Positions 61,301-64,000 of a stretch of DNA of 64,000 nt are shown piece after piece. Each line of letters opens with the position of its first letter. Position 1 is the stretch's first letter. The notes under the pieces were generated by a model. That model was not told the DNA's origin. It was given only the letters and a program-made list of their open reading frames with translations, and did no database searches. Both the position numbers and the translations under genes were made by a program. This DNA is from Callorhinchus milii. Taxonomy: Eukaryota. The stretch spans positions 6,882,001 to 6,946,000 of the forward strand of contig NW_024704757.1 in NCBI RefSeq assembly GCF_018977255.1. Direction: 5' to 3'.

Positions 61301-61514
61301 CACACAGTGTAGAGGAGCTTTACTGTGTCTAACCCTGACCTGGGAGTGTGGACACACAGTGTAGAGGGAGCCTTACTGTGTCTCTAACTCACGCTGTAGC
61401 TGCTGAGCTCAGTGTCAGCGCTGAGGTCCTCACTGACAGACACATACACAGAAACAGACCGAAGGGCGAGTGTAGCGCAGAGACATTGTCACACTGTCCC
61501 TTTAACCCACGGCT

Positions 61515-61690
61515 GTCGCTGATTGGCCAGGCTGGGAGGGTGGGCGGGGAGAGTGGGAACGTGAGTGTGGATTGGCCAGACAGGGAGGGTGGGCGGGGAG
61601 AGAGTGGAAACGTGTGTGGATTGGCCAGGCTGGGGGGGTGGGCGGGGAGAGGGCGGGGCGGGGAGCTCGGTGAGGATATAAGGAGCAGGA
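61515..61690 (+). promoter_or_regulatory. Promoter of the Ras-dva-like gene: three 49-bp CCAAT+GC-box modules and a TATA-like box
   Basis: ATTGG at 61522, 61571 and 61620, each followed by GGGCGGG; GATATAAG at 61675-61682. Confidence 0.7.
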
Positions 61691-61733
61691 GCAGGGCGGC
61701 TGGAGCACAGACAGCAGCTGTCACTCACTGGCA

Positions 61734-62363
61734 ATGTCTATGGTGGTTGAGAAGCAGAGGGTGCGCCTGGTGTTCCTGGGATCCGCTGGTGTGGGCAAGA
61801 CGGCACTCGTGCAGCGCTTCCTGGGGAACACGTTCGACCCCAGACACAGGCGGACGGTGGAGGAGCTGCACTGCCTGCAGTGCCAGACTGACAGCTCCCA
61901 GGGCTGGGTGGAGATCATGGACACCAGCGGCAGTTACTCCTTCCCAGCCATGCGCCAACTCTGCATCCGCCATGGCGATGTCTTTGCCCTGGTATACTCT
62001 GCCGAGGAGCCCGAATCGTTCGAGGAGATCAAGCGACTACGGGAGCAGATCCTAGCGGTGAAGCAGGACCAGCCCAGCACACCGATGGTGGTAGTGGCTA
62101 ACAAGGCAGACTTGGCCCAGGACAGACTAGGCTCGGCACAGGACATGATAGCGGCCATGGTGCAGTTGGACTGGGGTTGTAGTTTCCTGGAGACTTCAGC
62201 CAAACACAACCACAATGTGTTGACCCTCTTCAAGGAGCTCCTACTGCAGGTCCAGCTGCCCAGCATGCTGAGGTCTACCCTAGACCGCAGGAGAGACACC
62301 TTCCCCAGGGAGAGCCAGCCCAGACCCATCGGCAGCAAGAGCCACAGTTGTGCCATCTCCTAG
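61734..62363 (+). CDS. Intronless Ras-dva-family (RASD-related) small GTPase, 209 aa
   Basis: G1 GSAGVGKT, G2 HRRTVEE, G3 DTSGS, G4 NKAD, G5 ETSAK, C-terminal CaaX CAIS. VRLVFLG...HRRTVEELH and DTSGSYSFPAMR recall Ras-dva proteins. AATAAA at 62872-62877 and 63044-63049. Confidence 0.88.
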   Translation: MSMVVEKQRVRLVFLGSAGVGKTALVQRFLGNTFDPRHRRTVEELHCLQCQTDSSQGWVEIMDTSGSYSFPAMRQLCIRHGDVFALVYSAEEPESFEEIKRLREQILAVKQDQPSTPMVVVANKADLAQDRLGSAQDMIAAMVQLDWGCSFLETSAKHNHNVLTLFKELLLQVQLPSMLRSTLDRRRDTFPRESQPRPIGSKSHSCAIS

Positions 62364-64000
62364 CCCCAAACCCAATGACCAAAGTCGGGACAGTTTGTTG
62401 AATGATTTTCTCCAGATTGGACAATGAAGGAATGTATGTAACTCGGTTTTATCTGAGAATGTTCGGATGAGCTGTTAAACCGAAGTCCCATCTCCCTGTT
62501 CAGGTGGACATTAAAGACCCCGCAGTGCAATTGGAAAAGAGAAGAGAGTTTCTCTCTCTCTCTCTCTTCCGGTGTCCTGGCCAACAATCCCTCAAATAAA
62601 ATTGGTTGTTCATTCCATGGCTGTTTGTGGGACACTGCTGTGTGCTGCTGCGTTTTGTCCACAAAGTACACAGACACTGCACTTTACAGTATATTCTGTG
62701 AAGCGCTTTGAGACATCTCAATGGTGTGGTAAGGTCCAAGGATTATTATTATTATTATTCACTTGTAAAGTAATGTTTACGTTTCCACTGAAAGTCCTTA
62801 AACCTGGCAAATGTGCTGTAGAATTTAAAAGAGGATTGTATTTTGACTTGTGGTATTGTGAGCTGTATTGCAATAAAATGGTCACGATACCTGACCGAAA
62901 ATACCTTTGAAACACTTTGAGAACTCTGGATGTGACGGGGCACTCTACAAGACCAAGATCTTTCTTTGTCATTCATATCAAAATGTTGCATTGACATGAA
63001 TGTCCATGCTTTCTCTTAAGCCAACAAAATATGTAGAGGCAGCAATAAACTGGCAGTTTAATGTGTATGTGATTTCTCAGTATCATTACTCTTGTGGGTT
63101 GGGTTTCAGTGCTGTGGTAGCCTGACTCAGTCACAGGGAGCTTGCCTCTAGGTTCAAAAGTAGAGTTAATCTCCACATCGGGAATTGAGGTCAGTTAATT
63201 GTAGATCTGAATTTTACCTTGTTTGAGATCAGCCACTCAGCACAGAGCGGGGCTGTGTGTGTGTGTGTCTCTCTGACCCAGCATATCATAAAATGTAGAT
63301 CTCAGACGGACTTTGAATATTGACTGAAGCTGTTCAGTGGGTTTGTTTGCCATCTGCATAGCAACGGGGCGAGGGGGGGTGCTGGAGTTTATAATTATTC
63401 CAAGACCAAATCTAGACAACAGAGACATGAAATTTCACCTTGTCTCAGCTGGTCACACCCATTTCTCATCAAACTGATGAAGAACTGAGCAAGATTTCAA
63501 ATGTCCAAGTTGAGTTCCGTAGCTTAGTGGTCAGTGATGAGATGTCTCAATGATGTGATAAGAGGCTATATCAAATGAAAGATTATTATTAAGTGTGTAT
63601 GTGGCTGTCAGCTCTCCGAGGCAAGTGCAGATGACAAGGCAGGCTCTCAGAGCTGCTGAGCTCCCAGTGCACACTAACTAACACCACAGACCCTCACTCA
63701 CACACACCACACTCACACACAACACAGACACTCTCACACACACTCAAACACACCACTGACAAACACACATATCCACACTCACTCACACCACAGACACAAA
63801 AACAACAAGATTACATTTGTATAGCGCCTTTCATATCGGGAGGACATCCCAAGGCGCTGGACAGAGTACAGCATTTCAGACCCGAGCTGGGGTCAGAGGG
63901 GGAGGAGGGAGGGGAGGGGAAGGGGGGTGGCTGATGGCATGGTCAAAGAGGAGGGTCTTCAAGCGGGACTTGAAGGAGGCTAAGGAGGGGGTGAGGCAGA

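Overview
Vertebrate (eukaryotic, intron-containing) genomic DNA. The SINE/LINE content suggests a cartilaginous fish, possibly a chimaera/elephant-shark type; this is an inference. Genes in order: 3' part of TNRC6A/GW182 (+, 18 coding exons in the window, long 3'UTR); an uncharacterised type-I membrane protein gene (-; signal peptide, Thr/Glu mucin-like repeat, SEA, 2 EGF-like modules, TM, cytoplasmic tail); NDUFAB1 (-); PALB2 (-, 15 coding exons) head-to-head with DCTN5 (+); and an intronless Ras-dva/RASD-type small GTPase (+). Introns are filled with tRNA-derived SINEs, Deu-domain SINEs, L2/CR1 LINE fragments and minisatellites, and there are three N gaps. Most notable: two exons that appear to belong to the SEA-EGF gene sit out of order inside NDUFAB1 intron 2 (misassembly or real rearrangement); a 16x12-aa GW-repeat expansion in TNRC6A; a palindromic repeat with minimal hammerhead-like cores; a SINE flanked by a ~202-bp direct repeat; and CTCF-like motif arrays around NDUFAB1 exon 1. 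Exon boundaries were read by eye from GT/AG sites and phase. Comparisons with human proteins are from memory and no database search was run.
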